From the NCBI RefSeq assembly GCF_009914755.1, contig NC_060937.1: a stretch of 64,000 nt of DNA. One strand, given 5' to 3'. The notes under the pieces are model-generated. The model worked only from the letters and a program-made list of their open reading frames with translations, had not been told where the DNA came from and searched no databases. A program made the translations under genes and the position numbers. This document shows positions 46,038 through 59,720 of the stretch, piece by piece. The number at the start of each line of letters is the position of its first letter. The stretch's first letter is position 1. Source of the stretch: the human T2T-CHM13v2.0 reference genome, Homo sapiens.

Positions 46038-46988
46038 TTGTGGGCATTTTTCTGAATATTTTACTCTCTGATTTCTAAATCACACACACATGCACACACA
46101 CACATACAGAACTGTCTATTCTGAGTTTATCAATCATATAATCATATATAATTTTTTCCTGTCCCCTAGTTACTTCACATTTTTAATGGCTGTATAATAT
46201 TCCATGTTGTGAATGTCTTCTAATTTACTTTTCACAATGCTTTTAAATCTTGAGACATTATTGATTAAGAATTTTTAATGAGGAATGGAATTACAAGGTA
46301 TGGTTAGTTTAACTGATTTTCGATATATGATTTAAAGTATTTTGGTTTCTCACTTCTTAAAGGAGGCAGTAAACACCCATATGACATCTGCTAAGACACA
46401 AAAAGCTGCTCATTAAAGGTGGAGAACATAATTATTACGACCAGGTGAAATTCCTTCAATTATTTTGTTTTTAACATTGAATTAAATTATAGTTTTTGTT
46501 AAGCTTTCAATATTCCTGAGACTCACTGACAGATGGCTGTGTTCTTACATTTTGCTTCCCTCTGCTAGGGTTGTATTTATGTGTATGTGCTCATGTAATT
46601 TTCGTGAACTGCATGGAGGAAGTAAGGCATTCAGAATAGAAGGTGTCGGGAACCCGTTTTTATCCACACCAAATGTCCTTGGCTGTTTCCAAAAATTTGC
46701 TTTAAGTCAAAGTATTTAAGTCTTCATTTTTAGGGCCCAGTGATTCATTGTGTTTATAATTTTCATTTGAAATCCAATTAAAAATCTTTGAAAAGCTCAT
46801 TGGTCTTGAGTTGTTCTATCTTTTTAAATCAATGATGGATTATGTTACTTAAGATAGGAGTGAAATTAAACAGCAGCTTTTCTTTAATGTGTGAGGAGTG
46901 CAAAATAAAACTATATTTTTTAGAATATTTATGCTTCTACCCATGAAAAAATCTAACTACCCACATATATGTTTCTTGAAAACGATGG

Positions 46989-47439
46989 TGTATCAATCAG
47001 GGTTCAACCAGAAAAGCAGAACCAGTAGAAGACAGGTAGAAAAGTAGGTAGGTAGATAGATGATAGGTATATAGATAGACAGATTAATATTTAGGTTTAT
47101 TACAAAGAATTGGCTTACATAATGTGGCAAGGTGTGTATGCAAGTCTGAAGTATATAAAACAGGCAGGAAGGGAAAGATCACAGGCAAGTTGCAACTCTG
47201 GGAGCTAAAACCTCGAGTCTTTGGGCTCTGTGAAGGCCTCAGCCCTCTTTTAAGGGGTTCATCTGATAAGGTCAGGCCCATCTAGAATACTCTCTTTTGA
47301 TTCCTTAAAGTCAACAGATTAGATATCAACAGAATCTCTTCACAGCCACATACAGATTCACATTTGATGGAACACCTGAGTTTGATGGAAAACCGTAGTT
47401 TAGCACAGCCAAGCTGCCACATTAAAAAAAATCATCACG
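46989..47439 (-). mobile_element. ERVL LTR (MLT2-like) with internal (TAGR)n
   Basis: tgtatcaatcagggttcaaccagaaaagcagaaccagtag...ttattacaaagaattggcttac...cagccaagctgccacattaaaaaaaatcatcac. Confidence 0.8.
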
Positions 47440-48933
47440 TGGAAATTAAGTAAATTGAGTTTCAAGTCCTATTTTCAATGCTGATTGAAAGAAGTTTGAC
47501 AATCTTTTTTTTTGTTTTTCTAGCTGAAAAAATTAATGAAAATGGACAGCACGACTTTTAGCAACTTATTAGTTTTCAGTTTATTGGGTTTGTCTGGTGT
47601 GCATGGTTGACAATATACAAATTTTATATACCTTTACTCCATTGTTATTGACTGTTACAGTTTATAAGCTCTTCTTTAAGCTCTTAGCCACCATTTGCAT
47701 TAATATTAATATTTAATACAATTATGGCTAATATTATCCTCTGAATGCTTTTATATAATAATAGCTTTGCACTTACACAATACTTCTCTTCTGAAGAGCT
47801 GTGAGAGCTTTGTCGACATGAGCCAGATTTCTCCCCCTTGGTAAGCTGTTCTCTAGCCACCCCCAGAGGAAGATTAACACTTTAGAACACAACCTCTATG
47901 TTTGCTTGTAGCAGAAATGATCAGTGTTCTTATAGCATAAGATACTTTTCTAGTAGATCCTAGGGGGATTATTTCGTGTTTTAGGCACAACACAAAATCT
48001 TACATGGAATAAGTTATTCTTTACAGTTGTGAAACTGAACACAGAACAATGCACACTGAGAAAGTCTGTATTTTTGCATGTTGGGTAAGCTGCAGACAAA
48101 ACAATACACTGCTCAGTTCAATAGCCTTTTCACATTGGTTTTTGGAAAGCAATGGGTGAAGTCTGGTTAGTGTAGCAGTCTTCCTACTACATACACAGGG
48201 GAAGGTTTTCATAGCCAGGAAGAGGAATGTTCTCAGTTAAAAAGATGCTCAAAACCCAAATACTTTCTCTTTGGCTGGAAAAATCAGAAGCAGTCTATTG
48301 TGTTCAGATGAAGGTCAGATCATAAGCTCCCCCGGAACATATATCATCACTAAGCAATAAGTAAAGCCGATAATCCAGTTCAGACGACAATGGACTGGGG
48401 GGTCATGAAACTTCTTGTTGGTTTTGCCCTAAATAGTGCTGTGGTTTAAGCAATATCTCAGCTTCTCTGAGTCTCTGTTTCTTCACGTATATGGTTAGAT
48501 AATTAGTCTAAATGGCATTTCTTAAGTTCCATTTTGGGCCTAAAACTTTAGAAGAGTTTAGAAAAGAGCAGTAAAAATTACTTAGAGAAGGGATATGGCT
48601 ATTCCCATCTGATTTTGGAAATGTTTTGTTTTTTTTTCCCCCTTAATGCCAAATATTTTTTATACATTATGGGCTAAAGACATCAAAGATACTACAATAA
48701 AAATAGACAAATTCAATAATTATTTCAGAAAATACGGTGATTTTAGCTGGTTTTAAATATTTGAATGTTATTTACAAACTTCGTAAAATTTCTTTTAACT
48801 TTCAACCTAAAATTACAAATCTAAGCCAATTCCTCATTTACACTTTTAAAAGTGTAATCCCAAGGCGAATCTTTTAGATTCTCTAGGATGCAAAATCCTT
48901 TTAAACATTATCATTATTTAAAATACCAAATAA

Positions 48934-49309
<376 letters not shown>

Positions 49310-52300
49310 TTATTTATAGTCACCTATTTATCCTTTACGGAAACAATTTTTTTATCCCAAGTAATTCAGGTTGCATCATTAATGAGCTGAGTTTGTGCAT
49401 TCAGAAATTTTGGCGGGGGTATGAGATCCGGAGTGGAAATCCAGGGCAGTTTTTCTCAAAACCATGAAAGACAGACTGAATTTCGTTGATTGTCTCTAGG
49501 TCAAACTGGGCCCCAAGTCCAAACACTACAAGTGGGTTGGATTGCACTTTGATTTGTCTTCAGCTCCCCTGATTCAGAGCTCTAATTTGAGCCTGCAACT
49601 TCCACTTGGGCTATTTTACCCCTCGTTTAGAATCAATGAAGGCAATTGCTGTTTAGTTTCATTCTGATTTTTTTTTCATACTCATCTTACAGCTATTAAG
49701 TTATTGAATTGGATTCTGCCCAGCTCTTGTGTCTCCATCTGACTGTCACAACCATGGCTACTTATTCACTCTGATGACATTATGCATTTTTCCTTCAAAC
49801 ATACTATTTCATTTGAGCCCTACCCTTGCTGATGGGGAGGACAAATATATTCATGTTATGACTATTTTTGTCACGATTGTCCCTAACTGTTGAGTTTGAA
49901 GGATATCCCTAGAAACTAATATAGTAGCTACTTGATACATAACAGGTCTGTGTAAACTTGCTAAATGAGTATCAGCTCTGAATTGTTATTGTGCAATATC
50001 AGAGTTGTGTAGTTTAAAAAATCCTATCATTCATTTCTCCAATTCAGATAAATCTCCAAGAGCCCCTCAACTCATAGAATATTGAATCCTAAAATCACAA
50101 TTAAGTGGGCACGGACCTTGAGGCAGTGCATTCTGTTGCCCCACTGACCAGCTGAGCAAGCATCCACGACTGTAATTCTCAGACTTGGATTCTTGCAGCC
50201 TCCAGCCCACAGGCTGGGCCTCTTCCTTACAGGCGGGCAGCAGCGGACCAGGAGCAGACCAGCACTGCAGCTCCTAGACAATAACAGACAGACGCGGGAG
50301 GAATTGCTTCTCCACTTTGCCCCCTCTAAGCACAACTCCCTTCTTCCTGAATCCGGACACCTGACTTCAAAGCCTCCACAACATAGTTCTATCTTCCTCC
50401 TCCCCTATGAGTTGAGCCTTTTCCAAGTAGCCTGGATGGGAGAGGCTTCTGAATTCCTGGAAACTTCTGTTTCGTGCCATGCGTAAGGGTGTGTGTGCGC
50501 ACGCCTGCACGCACACACACACACACAGAGCAAGGAGACACACGTCCTTACTAATTTGTTGCAGTGGAGAGGAAAATGGCAATAGGTTAAAGAAAGAAAC
50601 AGGAGTTGATAAGTCAACACATTATCTTTCAATACGTATTTTGAATTAGTAATTATAATAATAAAATACTTATTTAGTGATATATACTTTACAAAATGCT
50701 TTCATGTATACATATTTAAATGATGGCCATGCTCAGGACTCACCTTAGATGAACTGAATTAGTCTCTAGAGGTGGCCCAGGGCTATTTCTTTTTAGAGTT
50801 TTCTAAAGGATTTTAACATGCAAGCAGGAATGAGTAACAGAACTGAAAACACTGCTTTTCTGATTTCCAGTGCCATGCTTTTAACATGGTATCGCAGTAA
50901 TCACTGGCATGTGGTTAATAAGGACATTAATTCTTGCTGCTCTGTGAGGTAGACGGAAAATGGTTTCTCCAGGCATTTCTGGGAGTCCGCCGCCATTCAG
51001 GGAAGGGATTCTCCGAAAGCAGCGCGGCAGCAGGGAGCAGGCGGCGGGGCACAGAGCGCGGGTGCTTCTCTAGGTCCTGCAGATGCAGTTTCTCTTGACT
51101 CAGTGCAGATACTGCAGTCAGAAGTGTTCCTAAATGGATGATATCATGAGCTGCAGGGAATTTACAGTCCCTCGGCATAAACCCTACTCACCAGATCCCA
51201 CAGTGTTTGAAATGTGGCCTGGGTAGCAGGTAAAGGGCTCAACAATCATGCTTTTGTGTAGGGAACTGGCAAGAGTGTGCCCCAGACGTGATGAATCATG
51301 TTCTTAGGAGGACAGCAAGATTTGGGGTTTCTTTCTCCAATGGGTTTTCTTTCTTTGTCATCATCAGTCATTATTTACATCACCTTTTTCCCTCTTGCAT
51401 CTATTTTGTCTGTGGGGACAGACACAGAGAAAAGCTGTGACTTCTTGCTGTGCTCTTGCTGCTCAGTTTACAATGTAGCTTCTTGGGGAGGACTAAGGTG
51501 AGCAGGCAGCCTTCTGGAAAGGACAGTCTTCCTACTGAGGGCTCTAGGAGTTTTATTTGGGTGATACTGATTCCCCTCTATCAGTCAGTTGGAAAATATA
51601 TTTGAAAATGCAGTTGAAGTCGTTTTAAATGCACCTGCTTTATTGGGTGGAGGGTGGAAATCTTATTTACACAAGAGCTACGTCAAATGATTAGGGGAGA
51701 AAATCATTAAAATATGTGAGTTAAATTCTTGTCAGCTTTGGTTTTAAAAACGTATGTTTTGTGTAAAATGATAGCGCTTCTGTCACTGAGGATGGAAAAA
51801 TCTGAAGATTAAGGGAGTTAATAAGCCATTGTTTGTAAAACAAAGATTTGATCAGGAAAGAGAGTGAAACTTGGAAGGAGTTGTCTCAAAAAGAAAAAAG
51901 AAAGAAAGAAAAAAAAAACAACAGCAAGTGAAGAAAACGCCTTGATGCAGCAAGAGTGGAGGGTCTTTCCAGACTGGGAGATAAAAGACAGGCTGGTTTC
52001 TTATTACTGTAATTGCTTCCTGCCTGTTTGGGTCCCTGGTAGAGAGTGGAAGCCAAGAGATCAGAGAGAAGAGAAAAAACATTCTAGAACGATAAGGAGA
52101 GGAACACTGCAAGGGCTACCATTTAATTAGTGCAAGCGGCCTCAATAGCTGAGTGGACCTAGGGTGGCTGATATGGAGGAGAAAACCTTGGCAGATATGA
52201 GACCCTAGAAGGCCTACGGTGACAAGGTGGCCCATTGTCCCATGGCTGAAGGTCCTGAGACGCAGTGAGCCCTGGAAGGGATGGAACCTTTAAATCCGAC

Positions 52301-55152
52301 TTCACAACAGGTTAGGAAGTTGCTTTCTAGGAAAGGATAGGGAAAATGGTGATGATTTCATGAAGCTACATGCTAGAGTTATACTCTAGTTATATGCCAA
52401 GGCTGAAAAAAGCATTTAAACAATTATAGTCTTTAAATGAATTTTTATGGAGGCTTCTTTTATTTATATCCTATTTATTATATTATGTGCAAAAGATTAG
52501 TGAGTAAAGAGCTGTGCTTGTTTGTTTATTTCTCACCAACTAGTTAAAACTTGGTAGTTCAGGTCACTCAAATGAAGCGTCTACCTGTGATCCTCCCGGG
52601 AAAGTCTGTTCTTTGGTGAGGACCTGCTAACTCTTCGGAGTTAAAACCATGACTTTAGCTGTAATGTGGCCATTCCAAATGTCCTCTTGCAGGGTTACAA
52701 AGCCTTTTATTCACTGAACCAATAATTGAGTGTCCTGTGTGCCAGGCACTTGCAAAGAACTGAAGTTTAAGACATACAGAACATTCTGCCCTTTGGAAGC
52801 TCCAGTCTAGGAGAGAAATCTAAACTTGAAGTGCTGTAGAAAGGGTCAACTCCAGATACTATTTTAGAAATAAATGGTTTGTGGTCTGGCCTGAGACAAA
52901 GATGGAAGTTATGGGAAGAGACATGGGCTGCTATCCTCACCAAAGTAAATTTAGGTACAGATTTTCAGATTACTTTACAGTTGTATAGGTTTTCAGGAAA
53001 AAATCCTCTCAAGCCCATGTGTGTGTAAAGAAGGTGAGTTTTAGAGACACAAAAACTTAGGTTTCAGTCCACGCTCAGGACTAAGACCCACCTGGAGCTG
53101 GCAAGTTGTTTACCTTCTGAGCTGCAGACAGAAGTTCACATCTGTTATACAGACACGATGGTATCCAACTCATCTGACATTATGAGGAAGCAATGAGATG
53201 ATTTGGGTAAAGCAGTTGGCATCTAGAAAGGGATTAATAATTTGTAGCTCTTCTTATTATAATGTCAAGAGTGGAACTCCAGAAATATCTTTTACTTCAG
53301 AGCCCGAACATCTCCATCTGGAGACAGAAAGGCTCCCGATGTGTCTTGCTAACTTCAGAGATGTGCTTCCTCCCAGCCTCCCCTGTGCATTGCCATCAGC
53401 ATGATCCGTCTGAAACCCAGAGCTGAAATGCTTCCCTATTTCAACCCTTCAGTGAGTCTATTGCCTAAAAATGAAGTCCCTCTTTCCTGCTTGATACACA
53501 AGGTCACCCAAGTTTGATGGGATCTATTTCCCCCATCTTGTCTCCTACCTCCCTCCTACCTCTTAGGACTTTTTCCTTCACCAACTAAGCAAGGCCGGGA
53601 CACTGAACACAGCGCAGCCCTCTTCCTCTGTGCTTCATCTTCCCTTGGCATGCCGCTTCACCTTGACTTTCTGTAAACATCTTTTAATACATCAGGCATT
53701 TATGGAAAAATTCCCTGGCTGTAACCTTCCATGATAACATGACTGTGCTCTGTACCTACTGCACACAATTGCTTGTAAATTGTTATTGGATAACAATTAG
53801 ATATTTTCACAATCCCTCTCCCTGACTACATGCATGCTTCTCAGGGTCTCCTATGTAACTCTAATTCCCAGCCCAGTTCCTGGTACCTAGTTGGCATTTG
53901 GTATAATTTATTGAAGTAAATGTAACTGTGGTTGCTGTTTTTTTATTCTGACTTGGTTTAACCTATATTTGTAAATTCTTGTTTCCCTTAGGACAAAGCC
54001 CTGACAGTTGCTACAGTTTGTTGTTAGCATTGCTGACAATTATAAATCTTGTTTCAGGCACTTTGTCTCCATTATTGCATAACTCGGAATTGATTTACTA
54101 TGCATCATAATTTGTCTGGTTCCTCTCTGTGTCCTTGCATTGTCTGCAGTGACCTACGCACATCTCTAAAGCAATGTTGTCTTCCTTTCTTCCCCTAGCC
54201 CTGGTGAGCCCCTCTGTGCCCTCTGGCACCTTTGGCCATTCGCTTTAATTGTACTTCATCTTCCTTATGACTTGCTCTCTATTGTTTTGAGACCCATGTC
54301 TCCAATGTCATCTGGTATCCCTTGATGATATATTCTGGAACCAACTCTGCGTATCTGGAATGTGCGTCTCTTTGTCAGAATAACCTGTGCTCATCACCTA
54401 TGCTGTCATACTAATAGCACTTGGGGATATTTATAGGTCCTTGTAAATACCACAATGGCTTCTGCTGCATCGCCTGATTGTTTTTCTGATACTAATGTTT
54501 GGATGTTGGCTAATTTTCTTAAGCATAATGCTGATAAAATAGGGCTATTATAGAAAAGTCCTCTCCACAGAGATATCTATTGACTCCTTCATCCTGCATG
54601 GTTTCTTCAGTCTGCCTTTTTTTTCAGACTTCCTAATCTTTGAATCACTTTTGACCTTGAATTTCCTTGTGAGACATATTTGAAACAAATCATTATTTTC
54701 ATGATTATCTATGTCAATGTCTTAAATTTAAATCACTGATTCCATTGGATGAGACTTCCAATGAAACAAAAATACCATGGGCATACATTACCATCTCTCA
54801 CATCTCTAAATCAAAAGGTGGACAGTTATGTTGATCATTGCCTTTGACTTTCCCATTAGTTTGCTGTCATCATTTAAAATACCTGACATATTTTCTGCTC
54901 TTTGTCAGTTTAATAGACAGTTCCAGACTTCTCCTGAACACAGTTGTTTTGGTATAATTACTTTCCTTTTACTTGGACAATCCAAATCATTGATTTCTTC
55001 AACTGACTTTCTATTTCTCCGTGTGAGGCTTTTTCAAGTCCTTTCTCCCCCTCACCATTATTATTTTATTTACTTTGGAATAAAATAGAATTCCATTATA
55101 TAACACTCCACAAATTTGGGAGTTGTATTAATTCAATGCATTATAGATGGGA

Positions 55153-55514
55153 TGAATTAGTTTGTTCTCACAGTGCTATAAAGATACTACCTGACACTGG
55201 GTAATTTATAAACAAAAGAAGTTTAATTGGCTAACAGTTCCACATGGCTGGGAGGCCTCAGGAAACTTAATCATAGCAGAAGGCAAAGGGGAAGCCAGGC
55301 ACATCTTACGTGGTACCAGAAGGGAGAGAGAGCGCAGAGGAAACTGCCACTTTTAAACCATCAGCTCTCGTGAGAACTTCCTCACTATCATGAGAACAAC
55401 ATGAGGGAAACTGCCTCCATGATCCAATCACCTCCCACTAGGTCCCTCCCTTGACACGTGGGGATTATAATTCAAGGTGAGATTTGGGTGGGGACACAGA
55501 GCCAAACCATATCA
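55153..55514 (-). mobile_element. MaLR solo LTR (MSTA-like)
   Basis: gctataaagatactacctgacactgggtaatttataaac...gggacacagagccaaaccatatca. Confidence 0.9.
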
Positions 55515-56657
55515 CAGAAGCATGCCTTTGCTTTGCAACTAAAAGACATACCCAACTCAAGAATCCACTCCAGTCAGAGTAGGTTGAAAGTGAAACCTAC
55601 TGTACATCATTTCCTTGTCTTCATCACTCAGTACCTGCAGTGAAGCCCTGGCCGTCTACTCATGGCTGTGCCTCTTTCATTAGTCAACATCACTTCCGTA
55701 GTCCCCAGCCCTCCACCTCTACTGATCATCAAAAGCATTCTCTATCGCAAATGCCTTTGTGCCATCAATCTCTTCTCCTAGTGTTCTCTCCAGTTTCTTG
55801 CATTGTTGCCTGGCTATCTGCTGGAACCACAACTTTCCCAGATGCCCATCAATAGCTGCTGTATATTTTCCTGCACTTCACCTACTTCAGGGACAGAGAA
55901 TGGCATTGGTTTCTTCCTGGATCCTCATTGCTGCTTCAGAACATAACCCCTCCACTTCTCCTTTTGTAAAAAGAAAATTGAGCCACAAAAACCCTAGTCT
56001 TCTGATGCTCAAGACATTTCACACTAATAACCATCTCTGTCTCCATTGCTATCATCTACCTTCTGACCATCAAAATATCATGAATTTTGCACACAACAGT
56101 CTTTTTCTTTTCCCCAAGTCATCTCATCAGTGCAGGTGACTTCTAACCCCTGTGGGTAGGTCTATCCCTGCCCTTCCCTCTGTGGACTTCTACTCTGCTT
56201 CAGCTTGTCACTCCTACAGTCACGCTGACAAGCTTGTTATGAGTCATAACTAGAAACACTTCCAAAGTCATGATTAGAGCAGTGACTTTCGACCACGAAT
56301 TTTCTCTATCTCCTGCTAACTTGTGAAACTATTTCCACCATGACAGTTCTTCCGTCTTGCCTAGCCTTCTACCCATATCTATTTTTTTTTCTCTATCAGC
56401 CTTCTCCTTTCTTCACTTCCCTCCTCATGGAGCTTGGACTTAATGATTCATCTTTTTATCAAATCTTGTCAATACCCAAAACCCTCTTGCCCCTTGGTTT
56501 GTGTGTGGTTTCTTTCCCCCAAACTGGTCTGACAAAAAAATCCACCTTAGAAGGACCCAACTATCATTCTTCTTTGACTGCCCCTAATTAGCTGAGTTCT
56601 TCTGGAGGACGCCACATATCAGGAGAGAAAGGATCTACCTTAAATTCATCACTAAAC

Positions 56658-57003
<346 letters not shown>

Positions 57004-59225
57004 CTATTACTCCACTCTGCACAAGAATGATTTCAAACACTTTCCAGTTTCCATAAATCTCTGAGCATTTTCCTGGGCACAGTTAGGGACACTTGGTTGA
57101 TGTCCTCATTTCCCATTTTACAAAAAAAGAGGTAGGCATTGGATAGGAGTTCTGTCATCTTCTGAAAAACACACAAAGAAATCAACTTTCAGTACTGTTT
57201 ACTCTCTTTGTGCTTCCTCCTTATGTAATTAGGGAAACTCCTCCATTTATTCTCTGGACTCTACCTTCGCCATCCTATTCTTTTTCTCTAGAATGCATTT
57301 AATTCCTTTTTCTCCAGAATCATTTAAAATAGCTTCTAAATATATTCCCATTCCACAGAAATCTTTCAAAAAAACTCGAAGCAGAATTCACTGTAGAAGG
57401 GGAATAGAACACAGTGCTTAAGAGTACAGACTCTAGAGCCAAATTGCCTGGGGGCAAGTCCCAGCTTGGTTATTCTTCAGCTTTGTGACTTTGGCAAGTC
57501 TCTTTTGATCTGAGGACAGGTGATATTTTTCAGGTTTGGGAAATTATTTTTCCATTGTGTTTTTGGAATCTCTTCTCTTTTCTTCCTTTTCCTGGTTTAT
57601 GACACTCCTCTTATTGGAATATTAGACCTCCTGCATTTGTCTATCCTTCATATTTTCTATTTTTTCTTTCTGTTATTTTATTCCATGTCCTTGAAGATTT
57701 CCTAGACTTTACTTCTTTCCCTTTTCATTGATGTATGTTTTTTCAATTTCATTAATCATATATAACACCTCACTTATTTTGTGATTATGATTTTTTCATT
57801 ACATTCTATTTTATAAATATACCATTTTCTCAAATCTATCAATGAGAAGTTTTCTTTTTCAAAGTCTCTTTATTCTCCAAATGCCTGTTTCTTTCTAGGC
57901 TCATTTTTTTTCTTTCTTTTTCCTTGGTCTTGCTTTTTTACCTTGACAAGGCCCTTCTTTGAAATTGGCTCATTTACTGAAGGACAGGGAAGCTGGTGGG
58001 GACCATCTCTCTGGAGTGTGAGAGAGCACCACCGGCTGCCTGCCCCTCACCACACACAATCCTTTCCTGCTTCTCTTTTTCCTGGGGTAGACTCATGGAG
58101 CCTCTTAAATGTGGGCATAGCCTATTTCCTAGCTGGCTTCTGGTCAGGGTGAATGGGCAGAGTGCCTACTATTAGCTGCAAGCTCCTCCCCCACCATCCA
58201 AGAGAAAAGGTGAGAACAAAAAGAGCTTGACCCTGGACTGCCAGCACCCCCACTGTTTTTCCTATTTTATTGTTCCACTGGAAATAAATCCCCAGTTATT
58301 ATGCACTAAAGACCTTCGGGGAGATGAATGTTCATGGACTTGCTCTGTTGCTGGCCGTCTTGTTTTCTCTCATTCTCTCCTGGACCTGGTTTTCTCTGCT
58401 GCCCCACAGCCTCTCGGTGGAGACACACAGGACTGCTGCCCCCTTCCTGAAGCCCCTTCCCAGAGCTGTATGCTCTGGGCTGTGTTCCTTGTCTGTGCTT
58501 CACAAGCCTATAGGCTTGCCTTTGCTTTCCCTTTCCCAATAATTCACCGAAAACTCCTATCTGTCAATGACCTCTTTTTTAGAGCTATGGATTTATTTCT
58601 TTTTATAAAAGTGTTTGCTATTAGTATAAGAAGTCTGATGGACTTCAAGAGAGTTGAGAAGCAATCCATGCATTCATTTCTACCAATTTAAATTTGAGGC
58701 TCTCATAACTAGTTAACAAATTCATGAACGAAGAATTATTTTTTTGGTATAGAATGATCACTAAGCATAAGGCTTGAGACTTTCATCTGTGTCATGTCAT
58801 CAACTTCTCATAATGACCCTAAGTATCCCCAGTTCACAAGTGAGGAAACTGAGGTTTGGAGAAGTCTATTAATTTGCTTGAGGATGCAGAGCTCATAAAT
58901 GGCTGAACCAGTATTTGAACCCAGGTCCTCCAATTCTAAGCTGTTTGCTTTATTTATTTCACATCTGAAAACAAAGTAGCTATCCTAGACTTTGAGGAAG
59001 GCTGAATATAATGAAGACAGAAATTGTGTATATGATCACCTGTGTGAGATATAGCACCTGGATCTTTTTGTACAATGGGCGAACAAACATCAACAATGAG
59101 CTTGTTCTTCGGAATTTACATTAACAGGATAATAACTTGACAGTCAGAAATAAGAGCAGTATTTGTGAGTCCTAAAATTATCTGAGGACAGAATTAGGAT
59201 CTAAATGGTCATAACAGGCATGACT

Positions 59226-59520
59226 GGCCAGGTGCAGTGGCTCATGCCTGTAATTCCAGCACTGTGGGAGGCTGAGGGGGGCTGATCGCTTGAGTCCAGA
59301 AGTTAGAGACCAACCTGGGCAACATGGCAGAAACCCTGTCTCCACAAAAACACAAAGAATAAGCCGGGGGTGGTGGTGCACACCTGTTGTCCCACCTACT
59401 CAGGAGGCTGAGGTGGGAGGATAGCTTGAGCTCAGGAGGTCAAGGTTGCAGCAAACCATGATTGCATCACTGCACTCCAGCCTGGGTGACAGAGCGAGAC
59501 CCTGTCTGGAAAACAAACAA
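59226..59520 (+). mobile_element. AluJ
   Basis: Full Alu with TSD cagg(c/t)atgact. Confidence 0.94.
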
Positions 59521-59569
59521 CCAGGTATGACTGGAAAAATTAAATCTAATCGAAGTAATTTCATAGGGA

Positions 59570-59720
59570 CAGGATTATCAGATTTAACAAATTAAGGAAC
59601 ACTTAATTAAATGTGAATTTCAGACAGATAATGATTAATGTTTTGGTATAAATATGTCCCACTAAAAATTGTTTGTCTGAACTTTAAATGTAACTGCTTA
59701 TTGCACTTAGTCAATGCTAC
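59570..59720. mobile_element. MER33-like fragment
   Basis: caggattatcagatttaacaaat...ttaaatgtgaatttcagac...gtttgtctgaactttaaat. Confidence 0.6.
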
